Below are positions 36,939 through 49,596 of a DNA stretch of 64,000 nucleotides, in pieces. The notes beneath the pieces are model-generated. The model ran no database searches. It saw only the letters and a program-made list of their open reading frames with translations, and was not told the origin of the DNA. Position 1 is the first letter of the stretch, and each line of letters begins with the position of its first letter. The translations under genes and the position numbers were made by a program. Source of the stretch: Lingula anatina (taxonomy: Eukaryota; Animalia; Brachiopoda); assembly GCA_051362555.1 (NCBI GenBank), contig CM120641.1, positions 12,400,001 through 12,464,000 on the forward strand. Reading direction: 5' to 3'.

Positions 36939-38870
36939 TTACTCAACTACTTTGCCAGTCTGAAGCAAAAAAGGACCGTGATACACTGGTAAATATAGTC
37001 GCCCATCTCTCTCCACTATCCCTCTCTTCCATCTCAGCAGCACCAACAGCGGTCTCATCACAGTTTCAATATCGTTCATAATTAACAGTTTCTGCAGCGA
37101 CATGATGATGTTCTTGTTCTCATAAAACCGTGATACTGTTTCAGAAAATAAGGCAATCAGGAAATTGATAGTAATGATTGGCACAAATACAACATAAGCA
37201 CAGTGATTTATCATTATAACATACAGATAAGGCGGTTCAACTTCTTTTGTGACGTCCTCCATGTTCAGCATCATTTTGAACATTACGTATAAAGTAGTGA
37301 ATCCTTCCTTATAGTCATCATTGCACTCACGACGAAAATAAGTATAAAACATGAATGCATGTGCAACATAGAAAACCGTAGCAATTAAAGAGACGTTCAG
37401 ACAATCGAAAAACAAATGCCTTAAAATCTGAATGTACTCGCCACACTTGGGAATAATCTGCAGAACATACATTACGTTCCATGAATTTAAAGCACCTGCT
37501 AAAAGAAGCACCCAAAGCGTAAAGGCCTCCATATCTTCTGTCTTGTGATTTTGTTTTGACAGAAAGAAAGTCATAACTAAAAAAGTGTTCACCAAGAAAT
37601 TAATGACCGTATAATATCGGACACTCACAATGGTGTTCTGCCTTTGTGCAAGAATTTGAATGTTTAATGAATCATGCTGGTATTTTAGAAAATGAATCTT
37701 AAAGCCTGTTACAAAAATATTACAAAGATCATAAATTATGTTTAAGCAAGAATACGTTATACATATATAGGTACTATATTGCCCTATCAACCACATATTT
37801 TTTGCAGCGAGGTCGTTCTTCAAGTCATCTTCACAGGATGAAATTGTTTCATTACCCGTTAACGTTGTATTGGTTCCAATATTGTTGCTACCCCTGAATA
37901 CTTTATCAAACCAAATGTAGATGATACTAAGCCAAACCATAGTGGCATAACTTAAGAACCACACGATCATTAAAAGTAGAAACGGCCACAAGCTGGACAC
38001 GCTGTTGTTGACCATGGTTGAGATGACTGGGGATTCCATGAAGGAACGCAATCTCGGGTCTTTAAGAACTTCAGTGTCAAACGCCGCTATGGCCTTTCTT
38101 GGAGAGATCAAATAGCGGTTCCATGGTTTGGCGGAATTCGCCACGTGATATTCCGTGATGTCGTACCATGATACCTGGTCAAACCTGCGTGTGATTTTAG
38201 GAAATTTGTAAATGCCTTTTGTTTCTATTATAGCCGTTGTCATAGTCAGTGAAGGAAGCATTGCTGCCAATTCCAGTGGGCGCAGTCCATATGTGTCTTC
38301 TTGGTGGAGTAAATCAGTCATAGTTTTACGGGATAGCAAGGCGTTTATGTGTCCATAGATACCTAGGTGCAAAACGCCATACCCAGGCCATTTGAAATTG
38401 GCCCAAACCAAAGCATGCAAAATATTAGTCATTTTATCATCAGTAGCAAGTAGATCAACATCGTGTTTCAGCAGAGCTTTAAAACAGCCTACCGATCCAT
38501 AAACAACAGCTAAAAATAAGGGAAGAGAAAATTCAGGCATTTCGAGGCGGTAAATTGGCAAACTAACGGATTGTCTTGAATTGTCTCCTTTGTCGTCTTC
38601 ATATACGAAAGCGGTGTTTATGAGATGTTTTCTTGCCTCTTTTGACAGATTTGCTAGGCATTTTTCTAGCTCTGCAACGTTGTCGGTGGTGAGGATGTCA
38701 AACAATTTGTGGCCCATTGACGAGTGGTCGTTGCATGATGCTGGGTAGATCACGTTTGTGGCATTCGGTAGACCAATGTTGCAGGTAAAAGACATACCAT
38801 GCCCTGTACTTGTTCTGTTGGTATTGCCGGAATCCAAATCCCAGGTTTCAATATAGTCTTCTGCATCCAT
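36939..38870 (-). CDS. Intronless TRPV5/6-like cation channel (ankyrin repeats plus transmembrane segments)
   Basis: 643-aa ORF. Ankyrin-like LPLFLAVVYGSVGCFKALLKH, NILHALV and GLRPLELAA; pre-S1 WYDITEY; several hydrophobic segments; pore-like TLYVMFKMMLNM; S6 NFLIALFSET. Confidence 0.85.
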   Translation of the reverse strand: MDAEDYIETWDLDSGNTNRTSTGHGMSFTCNIGLPNATNVIYPASCNDHSSMGHKLFDILTTDNVAELEKCLANLSKEARKHLINTAFVYEDDKGDNSRQSVSLPIYRLEMPEFSLPLFLAVVYGSVGCFKALLKHDVDLLATDDKMTNILHALVWANFKWPGYGVLHLGIYGHINALLSRKTMTDLLHQEDTYGLRPLELAAMLPSLTMTTAIIETKGIYKFPKITRRFDQVSWYDITEYHVANSAKPWNRYLISPRKAIAAFDTEVLKDPRLRSFMESPVISTMVNNSVSSLWPFLLLMIVWFLSYATMVWLSIIYIWFDKVFRGSNNIGTNTTLTGNETISSCEDDLKNDLAAKNMWLIGQYSTYICITYSCLNIIYDLCNIFVTGFKIHFLKYQHDSLNIQILAQRQNTIVSVRYYTVINFLVNTFLVMTFFLSKQNHKTEDMEAFTLWVLLLAGALNSWNVMYVLQIIPKCGEYIQILRHLFFDCLNVSLIATVFYVAHAFMFYTYFRRECNDDYKEGFTTLYVMFKMMLNMEDVTKEVEPPYLYVIMINHCAYVVFVPIITINFLIALFSETVSRFYENKNIIMSLQKLLIMNDIETVMRPLLVLLRWKRGIVERDGRLYLPVYHGPFLLQTGKVVE

Positions 38871-39140
38871 TGGTCATACGCTGGAAATGCCACTGTGCAA
38901 CGAATGACAAAATTGCTAATTGGCACATGGTTGAACGAATATTCAGGAGTGAGCGTACACTTGAACACCGTCCTGTTAAAATGACGTTGTTGAAATTTCG
39001 TGACAGCAGTTGATCATTCGTGGATGCCAAACGTTTCAATTAAATGGCTTTATAACTTTATAACTTAGATCCAGCTCACTATTGACATTCCCACGCTGAT
39101 CCAGATACTTCATAAGGGTAGTAAGTGACACGGATGCTTC

Positions 39141-39148
39141 TGACGTCA
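39141..39148. promoter_or_regulatory. Palindromic CRE-like site (TGACGTCA) about 270 bp upstream of the TRPV start
   Basis: Exact octamer; function not shown. Confidence 0.35.
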
Positions 39149-41393
39149 GAATAAAAAAATACAATGATAGTTGTGAAGTATCTACTTAGCGGGCTTTGGT
39201 AAAATGGTCTTGAAAGACAAACAGATCAATTATTGTGCCAGAGCATGAAACCATTATAATTAAGAATGATATGCATGTTTATTTCTTTATTCCAATGCAC
39301 TTCGGATCCGGTCCTATACCTGGATACGCTTGCTCGTATGGCGAACGAGGCAAGCGGGTTTTTCCACCTTGGATCCCTCTCATGTCCGAACCCTACATTT
39401 TCTTTACTTAAAGTTTGGTTGTGATAGTGTGTGAGCAGCAGCATAATCAAAACAGGGTAGGGATGACAATCACATTTTCTTTCCGCAATAACAAAGTAAA
39501 TACGGCTCTGGAAAAGTTGGACGATTTCACGGCCATTTTGTAAGATAGTGGAATATGGTCAATAACTGGTTTGTTTTATGATACACAGTTCTCAAAGAAT
39601 TTTATTTTCAATCTTCCGTTTGCGCACATCATTAAAGAACCCTTGGACATAATAAGAGAACCTTTAGGATCGATTTTAGGTAACATGAGGCTGATGTAGG
39701 CCTACATTTTGTCACACTGTGTGTAAACAAAAAATGTTATGTACAAATACTTTTGATTGTCTTTTGTTACCAAAGCTCGGTTAAAATGCCATAAAAACAC
39801 CATTAAAACATTGATATCACACGTAAACGCTTTTAAAAACTCGTTTAATTAGTTATTTTCGGCACGTCTTCGAAACATAAAATGGTGTACACTGTCTGCC
39901 TAATTGAATTTTACATGTAGGTCTGTAGACATGAATATACCGTTGCTGTTGTCTCTCTACGAAAATGTTAAAGGTTTTATCTACGTGTAGTTGCCACGAA
40001 ACTCCGATGGTTACGTTATGCACGATGTAGATCTTATCGTGTTTTAAGATGTAAGAAATCATGAAATCATGATCTTGCATAAGTCCTAGCGAAAAAACAG
40101 AAGAAATGGGGCAAAGAGAGTTGAAGAAAGCTTTTATTTTCATTTTTGCAGACTTAAAACTGATTTGCATTTGTTATTTAAATTGATTTCTTTGAGTAGA
40201 ATATGTGTTGCTAATTTTAACTTCTCTTCGGGGATTGCATCTAGGAATTCATATATATTTCATATCACCACAATGTACCCAACGATCATAACAACAATGA
40301 TTCCTTTATTCGGTAAAAGTTTTAATCATGCGGTGTGTGCACTGCGATATGATGTGTCGCTATCAATTGAGTTTGGCATGAATAAAAGCGGACTTCACTG
40401 GCCAAGTATCATTCAACCTATACAGTATATTGCGTTTGTCATTTTGTTTCGTTGATTGATTTTAATATTACACGGGATTTAGGAGATGTAAATTGTCATC
40501 ATCTGACCATTAAAAAAAAAAGAATGACCTCCAACGAAAATGGCAATTAACTTGGTTTGTTCAATATTGCCCTTGACCCACGAATCAATATGTCGAAAAA
40601 TCTAGAGATATTTTGGCATATGCTCATTTCTCATGACCATGATGCACAAGGTGATCACGACTTTTAGAAAACTAGGTTGTTTACGATCTTTTTATCACTG
40701 TGGAGGTTATCAGGACTTGACTGAACCGGAAGGAGGTGGGTTACGTCACTTTAAACGTTGCTGTGTGTTTGCACACACGAAAAAGCGCTGAAAAACAACG
40801 ACATTGAGCGGTCTTACAGTGAAGTTCTATGCACAGAATATTGCATTGCTTTGAAATGTTTTCCGTTACTGTATTTTAATTAAAATTGAACAGTATCTTG
40901 AATTTATTTCTCAATCAGTTGTCGTTTGATATTAATTACAGATTAAGGAGTCTTGGCAAGAGTTACACGACGCCTATTCCATGTTTTCATGATTTTCACA
41001 AAATTCCTAAATTATCTTCGGTTTTGATACATACATCTATGTTGGAACGAACATACGCGCGTTTTATAAACGATTCTCACGTACTAGTAGGCTGATGTGC
41101 CGTTTATAATTAAAATGAAAAAAATATTAGGGTCTATAATCTTGGTCGACCCAAGTTTGATCACATGAGAGGGCGCTGTGTGTACTGGATGGCCTGTACT
41201 TAAGTCCGAGTTCGAACATCGTCGGTCCATTTGTCTTCCCTGGAGAGTTGTTACGTTACAGAACAACAAGGTGGGTACTCTCACTGTCTTTAGGTCTCGT
41301 ATTTATCTTCTCATTCGGTCTTTGGCATTGTATTCAAGAAATTCTGATAATTTGTCCTCTGATTTTCGACTATGGCTCTCAGATTGTAAAAAC

Positions 41394-41458
<65 letters not shown>

Positions 41459-41497
41459 CACGCGCGCGCGCACAGACAGAGAGGGAGAGAGAGAGAG
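41394..41497. repeat. Compound (CT)n ... (CG)n ... (GA)n microsatellite
   Basis: Seen directly in the sequence, just upstream of the acceptor preceding SCP1. Confidence 0.95.
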
Positions 41498-41577
41498 ACA
41501 TAATGATGAAAATAATAATAATGAAATAAATACAAATGCGTATATATCAGTTCTCTTTGAGCTAACTTTTTTTTCAG

Positions 41578-42120
41578 ATGTCTGTTCCTTTTCCGAACTT
41601 TTGGGTCCGAAAGATAAGATCCTTCTTTGTCTTGTTCGACCGTGACTTAGACGGCATAGTGCACAGGGAAGATTACGTTGACAAGGTCATAGAGAGAGCA
41701 AAGAAGTATCTTAGCGAAGAGAAAGTGAAACATTTTGAGACTCTTATAGCGAAGGCATGGGATGAATTTTGGGGTGGGCCAGAAGGCAAGACTGCCTTGA
41801 CCATAGATGAGCTGATCACTTCGGTCAGTCCCCGGGTTTTCTCCGATAGCCATTTCGCCGAGACGTGCAAAGAGTGGCTGACGGTCTACTTCCAAGGCGT
41901 CGACGCAAATGACGACGGCTATGTCACTCTGAGCGAATATACAGCGTTCCTGGAGTGCTTTAACGTCCACCCCTTTTCCGTCACCCCTTCGTTCGAGGTC
42001 TTAGATACCAATCACGATGGTCTGATCAGCCTGGAAGAGTTTATCAACACCGGTACGGAGTATTTTTGTGTCACAGCGGACACGCCAGCCAAACTTTTCT
42101 GGGGGCCATTTTTGGCGTAA
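41578..42120 (+). CDS. Sarcoplasmic calcium-binding protein (SCP) family EF-hand protein 1
   Basis: FWVRKIRSFF; EF loops DRDLDGIVHRED, DANDDGYVTLSE, DTNHDGLISLEE; EF2 degenerate; C-terminal LFWGP. The ATG directly follows a ttttcag acceptor (single coding exon). Confidence 0.9.
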   Translation: MSVPFPNFWVRKIRSFFVLFDRDLDGIVHREDYVDKVIERAKKYLSEEKVKHFETLIAKAWDEFWGGPEGKTALTIDELITSVSPRVFSDSHFAETCKEWLTVYFQGVDANDDGYVTLSEYTAFLECFNVHPFSVTPSFEVLDTNHDGLISLEEFINTGTEYFCVTADTPAKLFWGPFLA

Positions 42121-43914
42121 AAACATGACTGTGCTTGAAGTTTGAAAACTGTGCATGTCATTCGAATGTAAAAAATAAATGCGTTAATTTTATGTTTACT
42201 TTTAATTTGTTCTTAGAGTAAAGAAAGGGTACATGTATGAGAATTAAGCAAGTTGACATACGGGGCTAGTTAGCCTACGTTAGTAAAGAAAATCGCATTT
42301 GCTTAAAAAAAAAAATTAACCAAACCATCAACTGTCTTTTAGAAGTAATTTTAAAAATTTCTTTAAGTAATATAGGAAACAACTAGTGTTACTTAATCAG
42401 TATTTTCATATGTCACTGAAAGATGTGCCTTCAAATGGACCGCTCATAAGAAACAAATTTAAATGTGTTGATCAAATCCCTGTTACGAGTTAATATTCTT
42501 GCGTGAGGTGATGCAAACTCTTTTGCTTAACCTTTTCTATGACGATTTTTTTCTAAATAAATCAATATATCTGGCCTTCGTAAATGGCAAAATAAAATGA
42601 TATTATGTTTTACCCTGGCCAATTTAAGATACTTGACCTTATTAGCCAGGTGACACTCATATCAGTCAATGACACTCCTCGTGAAGAGGAAAATATGTGT
42701 GCCTGGGTTTTCAAGGTTGTCTACATTGCACATGGTGTTTTCTCATGAAAATGACCAAATCACCTGAGGTCACCAGTATTACGAACGTTCCATTTATTAA
42801 ACCTGTCCGTGCCCTCGTCTGCTTGTACATCTACTGCACGTTCATCTACCTGGGAGTCCAATGCCCTGGTACATCGTAGTGGACACCCTAATCTTTTTTT
42901 ACATGCCGAAAATAACATCACCCTATCACTGCCCATCTCTGTCCATCTGTGCATGGGATAGTATCAGCTTGTATCATAGGGTTTGTCCATCTCAGAACGT
43001 TTATAACACTATGTTATAAGACCTAAGAAAGTAAACTAAAAAGCGCCCAATGTGCATCAAACAAAAACTGCCAACAACCGCGTATAGTACGTGTAATTGT
43101 GTCTTTAATGATGGGAATAGAATACCCCCTCTATGACCCCATTGTTTTCAATATCTTGTATGCCATCTTGAGACTTTTTGCCTCTGTTTTGTGCTTGCAT
43201 AATTCGACCAGGTTTGAATGTGATGAATCTCATGGCTTGGTGATGATAACATCAACAGCAATATCATTGATGATGGTGAATATGATAATTATATTGATGA
43301 AAACCCAGAAAGATTATTCGTAATTATTTACGCAAAGATACTGCTTGTTATCCCATGCTTGCTTCTGCAATACGGGTAAATATATAGACCTGCAGCGAGC
43401 CATAACTCGTGTAGTTTTTTTTTTCATGGAGCAAATGGTTGTTGTGATGCACAGCGTGTAAGACTGAAATACGTCGCATTCTACTGGCTTTATTTAGATT
43501 GAGGCTATCCAGGGGTGGTACCGCCTCTGATGTGCTCACGCGATTCGCGCAATACTACAGGGATAGGCCTTCTTAATTTGAGCTCTGAATAACAATCAAT
43601 GCATTGAGTAAATAGTGGGCATTGTAATGGAGTTCACAAATGATATTCACTTATTGCATTTAGAGGGTGAATGTCATGAGACGCTGACGTTTTTTGAAAG
43701 TTTTCAGCACCGTGTGTGTGTGTTAATACACCTGGTTTTGCTCTACAATCCGCTGAGTTTGTCACTTTAACTGTAGTCAGTTTGTAAGAAGTGACCTACG
43801 ACACTGCTCCAGTTAAGAAAAGGTTCAGATGTCTCCTTTTCTTACGTAGTTAAATAAGGCATCTTTAGACAGACAGACAGTAGTTATATCTGCCTCGCCC
43901 TAGCACACTGTTAA

Positions 43915-45309
43915 AGGTATACTGTGATGAAAAAACGGGTTAAAACTATCCGTTAGGTGCCCAAAAGTCATTTTTTAGTAATGAAAAAAAAGTTCTTACG
44001 TTTATTTAGTTTTTAAAGCCGATTTTATGCAGGTGTGAATGTAGTTTATGATACTCCCGCGTGGTGGCGCTTTAAGGCGAGTGACGTCACTAGCGTCAAG
44101 GCTCAGAAAGCCATATTCGATTCAGCTATCCGCTTGCTAGCAGTGCAAACTAAAAGCGATACACGCAATTGATCACTACATGATCATTTATAAATTCAAA
44201 CTTTTGAAGATAGATACACAAAAGAAGATGAATTCCCCACGTGGTTATCATTTATTAACCAACAAAATACACCAAAACTATGTTAACAGTAAAGGTTTGG
44301 AAGCAGGGCAGCGAACACAGTTTTTCACACATTGCCCATCTGTCGCGTCGGCTGAACGTTCTTATCCCGACTGATAAGAGAAAGTTACCTAATACATGCA
44401 GGTGTGACAGCTAATATTATTTTTCACACCCGTGCAGTTTACCAGTGTCATTCCGGGAGAGCCAGGTCAGTGGACAAAAGGCCAAAGATATCGGACTGAT
44501 AGCATCGGACACTACATTTCACACCTCTGCAACTTACCTCGCTACTTCTGCCTTACACGTGATCAGTGCAGCAGTATGTCGAGTAAAAATTTGATTCAAC
44601 TATCATGTTAATATTAACGTTTTCACTAACATAACCAAAAAATTCGACAACGTAATTCTGCTACGAACTATTTTTTGGGCTCTAGAAGCTGCTCTCTTCT
44701 TCCTTTCGACGGCCGCATCATGCACACATCCTACAGGTAAGACTCTCGTCGGCAGCGCTCTGGCATTTACTGTCGCATTTTGGTACTCCGAAAAATCGAA
44801 TATACTGGGTACAGCATCATCTTTTAGTTTTCTCCGTGCTTTTCCACCGCACAATTCAGCTCGCAGGTCACGTACGTACGAAGCATTCCGGCTCGAAGTG
44901 GTCGCTACAGATCCTCGCGTGTTTTGACACTGTGCTGGGATTTTTTAACTTCAGAGAATTGAGCCAAATTTTACGTTTAGCGGCATCCGCAGGCAGGATA
45001 TAATAGCAGATGTCTTTCTTATTGTAACCTACATTACGGCACGCGGGAGCAACACAACTTTGCGGCATTTGTTTTTCTGACACCTGGATGTTTAGTCGCC
45101 TACTGCATAGTATATACTATTACTAGTACAGCTGTGGGAAGCTACTCCACGGGTTACGTCACTAGAAACTGACCAATCAGAATTTTCTCATCTAAATCTC
45201 ATCTTTTCTCTCTAAAACTTAAAAAGAACAATTTTTTGACGTGGATTTATAGTTTTTATACTGTAAAAAAAGCAGTGAACGCTATGTGTTCCTAGAGCGC
45301 AGTAGGCCT
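43915..45309 (-). mobile_element. Kolobok-like non-autonomous transposon carrying a THAP-domain remnant
   Basis: TTAA|AGGTATACTG...CAGTAGGCCT|TTAA, with an internal THAP ORF. Confidence 0.75.
44640..45068 (-). pseudogene. Frameshifted THAP zinc-finger (transposase N-terminus)
   Basis: MPQSCVAPAC...P...W...ICSDHF, then a short duplication (cgtacgtacg, about 44871-44880) shifts the frame before DLRAELCG...LKDDAVPSIF. No DDE core seen. Confidence 0.85.
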
Positions 45310-46638
45310 TTAAAGCGCACTAGAAAATGTAAGTAGCTTATGTATATCTCCTTTTTAGGTTTGATACTTGAAAAGTTCTCATAGTTGAATAGTTTGTTTG
45401 CTTTTATTGCGAACAAAAATTATGATGAAAAAAAATTAATTTGTCAAATACGTCGCCGCGACTGAACTTTTTTCTACATGAAGATTTAACGCTTTAAATG
45501 AAACATATTACGTCTTTTAATGGCAGTGAAACACAATACTCACTTTTATTTTGCAAAATATGTCGATAATGGCTATACCGTGTTTGATCTTTGCACGAAA
45601 AGCTGAATACCTCTTTTGAGTGATTGGATGGGGATAGATAAGCCTCAAATTTGCATTCATTCATTACTATTTTGAGTTTGCTTTTTCTGCCACAGTGACG
45701 ATCTTTGCACATGCTCAGTGAGACTAATTGTGGCGTTCATTGTGGCGTTAATGAAATTAAATCGTCGCTCCCAACGGTCTCCCAGGCTTGTCGCCTTAAT
45801 ATGATGCAGGGTACATGTAGGTCTCGTCAGCCAGTGGCACACTAATTATCAGTGTCCTTCTGGTATAGCGGTGTAGCACAGTTACGCACACTGGACAAAA
45901 GAAGTGTCACCCCCTGAAGCAGAGTAATCAAAGTTATTAACCTGAAGAGGCGGAATATAAGCAATGTCAGAATATCGATACAGTTGAATTGTTCAGTCAA
46001 AACCGTTTCTTTTGTGAAATTTGATGATAATAAAATGATACCAGGAGCATATCATTCCACAGTCATTTATCTCCCCCAAAGTATTGGTTCAGTAGGGGTG
46101 ACACTTCTATTGTCCAGTGTGTGTAGTTGGGTTTTGCAGGGTATGTACAGTGCTGTCAACAGAAATAGCTACATGTATATGTAAATGGGTAGAGCAACTG
46201 TAAATGGTTAAATTAACCAAAGAACAGCACCCGAAAGTAATAAGAATTTATATTAGAAATAACCCAGCCCTGGCATTCCGGTATATATATTTTTACCTGT
46301 AATAACGTGATGTAAACATGGAGGTGTAGGTGCAATTTCTACCATGTGATTTTCTGATTATGAGTAGGCCTACTTTACTTTTTTCGCGTCAACAAATGTT
46401 GTTATTTTAATTATAAGCATTGAACGTCAACGCTTTTTTTTTAAATCTTGAATACCTAACCATATATAGTCTTAGTTAAGGCGTAACTATTTTGTTTAAA
46501 TTTCCCTTCCCTTCCCACCAAAAGGTGTGTCTATCACTGAAACAGGCCTACTCCACGTTATGGTCTTTTTAGAGAAGTAGCGTGATGTATAAAAGGTGGA
46601 CATTGAACCACGTTTTAATTTGCTATGTGATATTTCAG

Positions 46639-47184
46639 ATGTCTGGCGTTCCATTTCCCGAGTTCTGGGTCCGGAAGATGCGGTCGTTCTACGTCATCTT
46701 CGATCGTGACCTTGACGGCTTAGTGCAGCGCGAGGATTACGTGGACTGGCCGGTGGGGAGGGCGAACAAAAACATGACCCCCGAGAAGGCCGAGTCCCTG
46801 TACGGCCTCGTGAGCAGCGCGTGGGACGTGTTTTGGGCAGGAGAAGAGAAAAGAAAGTCCGTCACCATCGACCAAATGGTCAAGGAGCACTCCCGAACCT
46901 TTGATACGCAGTCCAGCTTCCACGAGTCCCTTGAAAAGTGGCTGGAGATTTGCTTTGACGATGTGGACGCCAATGACGACGGCTGCATCACTTTGGAGGA
47001 GTACACCACGTTCCTGAAATGCTACGGTGTTCACCCCTATTCCGTCACGCCGTCTTTTGAAGCCCTTGACACCAACCACGACGGCCTGATCAGCAAGGAG
47101 GAGTTTAAAAACGCCGGTCGTGATTATTTCAAAGTCACTGCCGATACACCGGCCAAGTTGTTCTGGGGACCATTCAGGGCGTAA
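46639..47184 (+). CDS. SCP family EF-hand protein 2 (tandem paralog)
   Basis: MSGVPFPEFWVRKMRSFY; EF loops DRDLDGLVQRED, DANDDGCITLEE, DTNHDGLISKEE; LFWGP. The true ATG follows the tttcag acceptor at 46638. Confidence 0.9.
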   Translation: MSGVPFPEFWVRKMRSFYVIFDRDLDGLVQREDYVDWPVGRANKNMTPEKAESLYGLVSSAWDVFWAGEEKRKSVTIDQMVKEHSRTFDTQSSFHESLEKWLEICFDDVDANDDGCITLEEYTTFLKCYGVHPYSVTPSFEALDTNHDGLISKEEFKNAGRDYFKVTADTPAKLFWGPFRA

Positions 47185-49596
47185 ATTGAATACTTTGGGG
47201 GCATTTATTTTGATAGGTTTTCTCTCTATGCTACAGACACGGTCTGACGCATGCAATATGAAGGAGTTTTCAGCAACCCTCACATCAAACTTTTCCTTGG
47301 CACTCTACCGTTTATTCAAGATAGGCTGATTGAGTTAAAGGTGCCACAATACCAACACGCGGTAATCACATGTAATTTGTAAAATCACAGTTGAAAAAAA
47401 AGGGCAGAACAAGGAGGTGGCAGAACCGGCCTTAATGTATTTTTATAGTCACAAAAAGTATCTGTGTGGAACGGGGAATTAAAAAAAAACATTGCTTGGC
47501 ATAACCGCTTTCCACAAGAAACATAAAACACTTACATAATGGATCAGGCTATTTCAGCCACGACAGATCCAAGCGCATGCCTTTCATACTTAGCATCAAT
47601 AAACAGTGAAAATAAGTACTTATATGTTGATTTGTTAATTGGTCACAGCTTGAAACCTGATAATATAATATATGTATATATTCCATTTCAATCAAGAGTA
47701 TAATTTGGTCGCTGCTGCTTCTTTTTCTGTACCTGTACCTGTAACAGGCAAAATTAACATAAAGCACAGACACCTTCCAAAAATAGCAAGCAAATCCATT
47801 AAGGCGAAATATTTCTTCAGGATATAATGGAGTTAATTTTAATTTAAACACGTGACAGTCACTGGCAAATCAAGAATTCTACAAAGAGGGGAGGGGGCGG
47901 ATGGTCCCGTTTTTGTCCTGCAAATATAAAATTGCAGTAATATGATTGTAGTAATATGGTACAGCGATAAAACATTACTTGGTTTTGTCTCCTTTCGCTT
48001 GTTATACCTTTTGTTTTGGAGGAGTGGTCCGCCATTGACAACCACATCCAAGACTACCTCTTATGCAAGTTTGTTTGCATGGAAATAACGTTACGTTTTC
48101 AATGGTATCATTTTTAGCATTAAAACGGACAGAATAGACAGCGCGCAGTCGAGTTCCCTGGATAAAACCATATTGACTAATGTCAAAAACGGTTCAGAAA
48201 ATTTAAGCTGATCCGTGCACGCGAATCAAGTTAAAAGAACGTGTTCTCTTAGATGAAAAAAGTTACCAAGTGCATCCAACCAGTCGTTAGTACATAAGTA
48301 CATTTTAACAGAACTATTAGGCCTACAAGTCGCAGGTAAATGGTTCCGTTGACCTAGATAGGGGCTGATTTGAAACACCGAGGCTATTCAGTGTAGCATC
48401 TGAACAGTTGTCTTGGTCACAGTAGACGAAATACTGAAATGTACAGACAGCTTTTTCCTCCAGTAAGTTTTAAGCGTGATATCTAGCTTGCAACACAGAT
48501 GAAGTGAGCAAGTCTCTAAACAAAAAGCCATTTGGTATGAAAGCATTCGAGAAACAAAAACCGTAATTAAGAGAGAAAAAAATGTAATAAACCTTTCTCA
48601 GTTAGCGACTATATCTCGTAACAAAATGCGTTGTTCGGTTTGCGATCTACAATGGAATACTAACATAAGTCACTGACGAATTCGTAAAAATTGTCCACCG
48701 TTCATTTGATGTGAGCTTGGGCCCATTATACTTATAATATGTTATACTCTATTTTTCGTCTTGAAAAAGATTGGAAGATTGCACGGCTTGTTAACCCTTT
48801 TTTGAGTTTGTGCTCTAAATTTCGAGTCACTGTAATATAACCGAGAAGGAAACAAGTCAATTCTACGCATAACGGTAAGGAATTGAAATTTTGGAGTCAA
48901 AAATGGATTAATTGATTGTAATTTCCTAGCAGTTCTGGATATGCAATACTTTAAGAGAAAATTGATATATTGCTTTATGTTATATAAAAGTCGAACGCTT
49001 ACTGTATGCCTTTAAACTACATCAGTTACACAAAAAGTATCGGAATTTGAGATCGCGATCGGTTTCTCATTCCGCTTATCTCGGACTAAATTTAGTTATT
49101 GATCTTCACTTTTATGAGCGAAAAGTGACAGTGGAAGCGGGGATATAGGGGGAAGTGTCGGACGCGTGGCCAAGATAGTTTTTAATTGAGTATTTCCTAT
49201 CAATATTTCGCTCGCTTTGCATCTAAACGTCTATTATACGTCTTATTTTCTGAAATTTGTCAAAATTGCCCAAACGTCTGATATGAGTTGCGTGCCGAGA
49301 AATATAGATATACGCGTAGTCCTGCTGATAGACGAAGATCGATCTAGCAGCGCTTCATTAGACGACACGATCACGACCAAACAGAAATGCCAGATGAAAT
49401 TACAAACTGATCAAATTCGCTGCGGGTCGTGACTCTTTCACTGATTCAATTTTATCATTCGCACTGGTCACTAGGCAACACAATGCGATGTGACGTGTTG
49501 AAATTACCGAAGGAAGTGAAAATGGCGGGAGGCGTACCACACCTGTAGCTGAAGTATTCAAACTTGTAGACACTCTAGAGGAAGAAAATATATAAA

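Noticed and set aside
41178-41645. SLSLSL / RERERE ORFs
   Set aside because: Translations of the CT/GA microsatellite.
41578-47184. EF-hand genes as aequorin-like photoproteins
   Set aside because: They share the fold family (EF1, 3 and 4 active), but the coelenterazine-binding His/Trp/Tyr residues are not evident: no His in the N-terminal helix, and G.EYF/G.DYF instead of H..FW. The FWGP ending is SCP-like.
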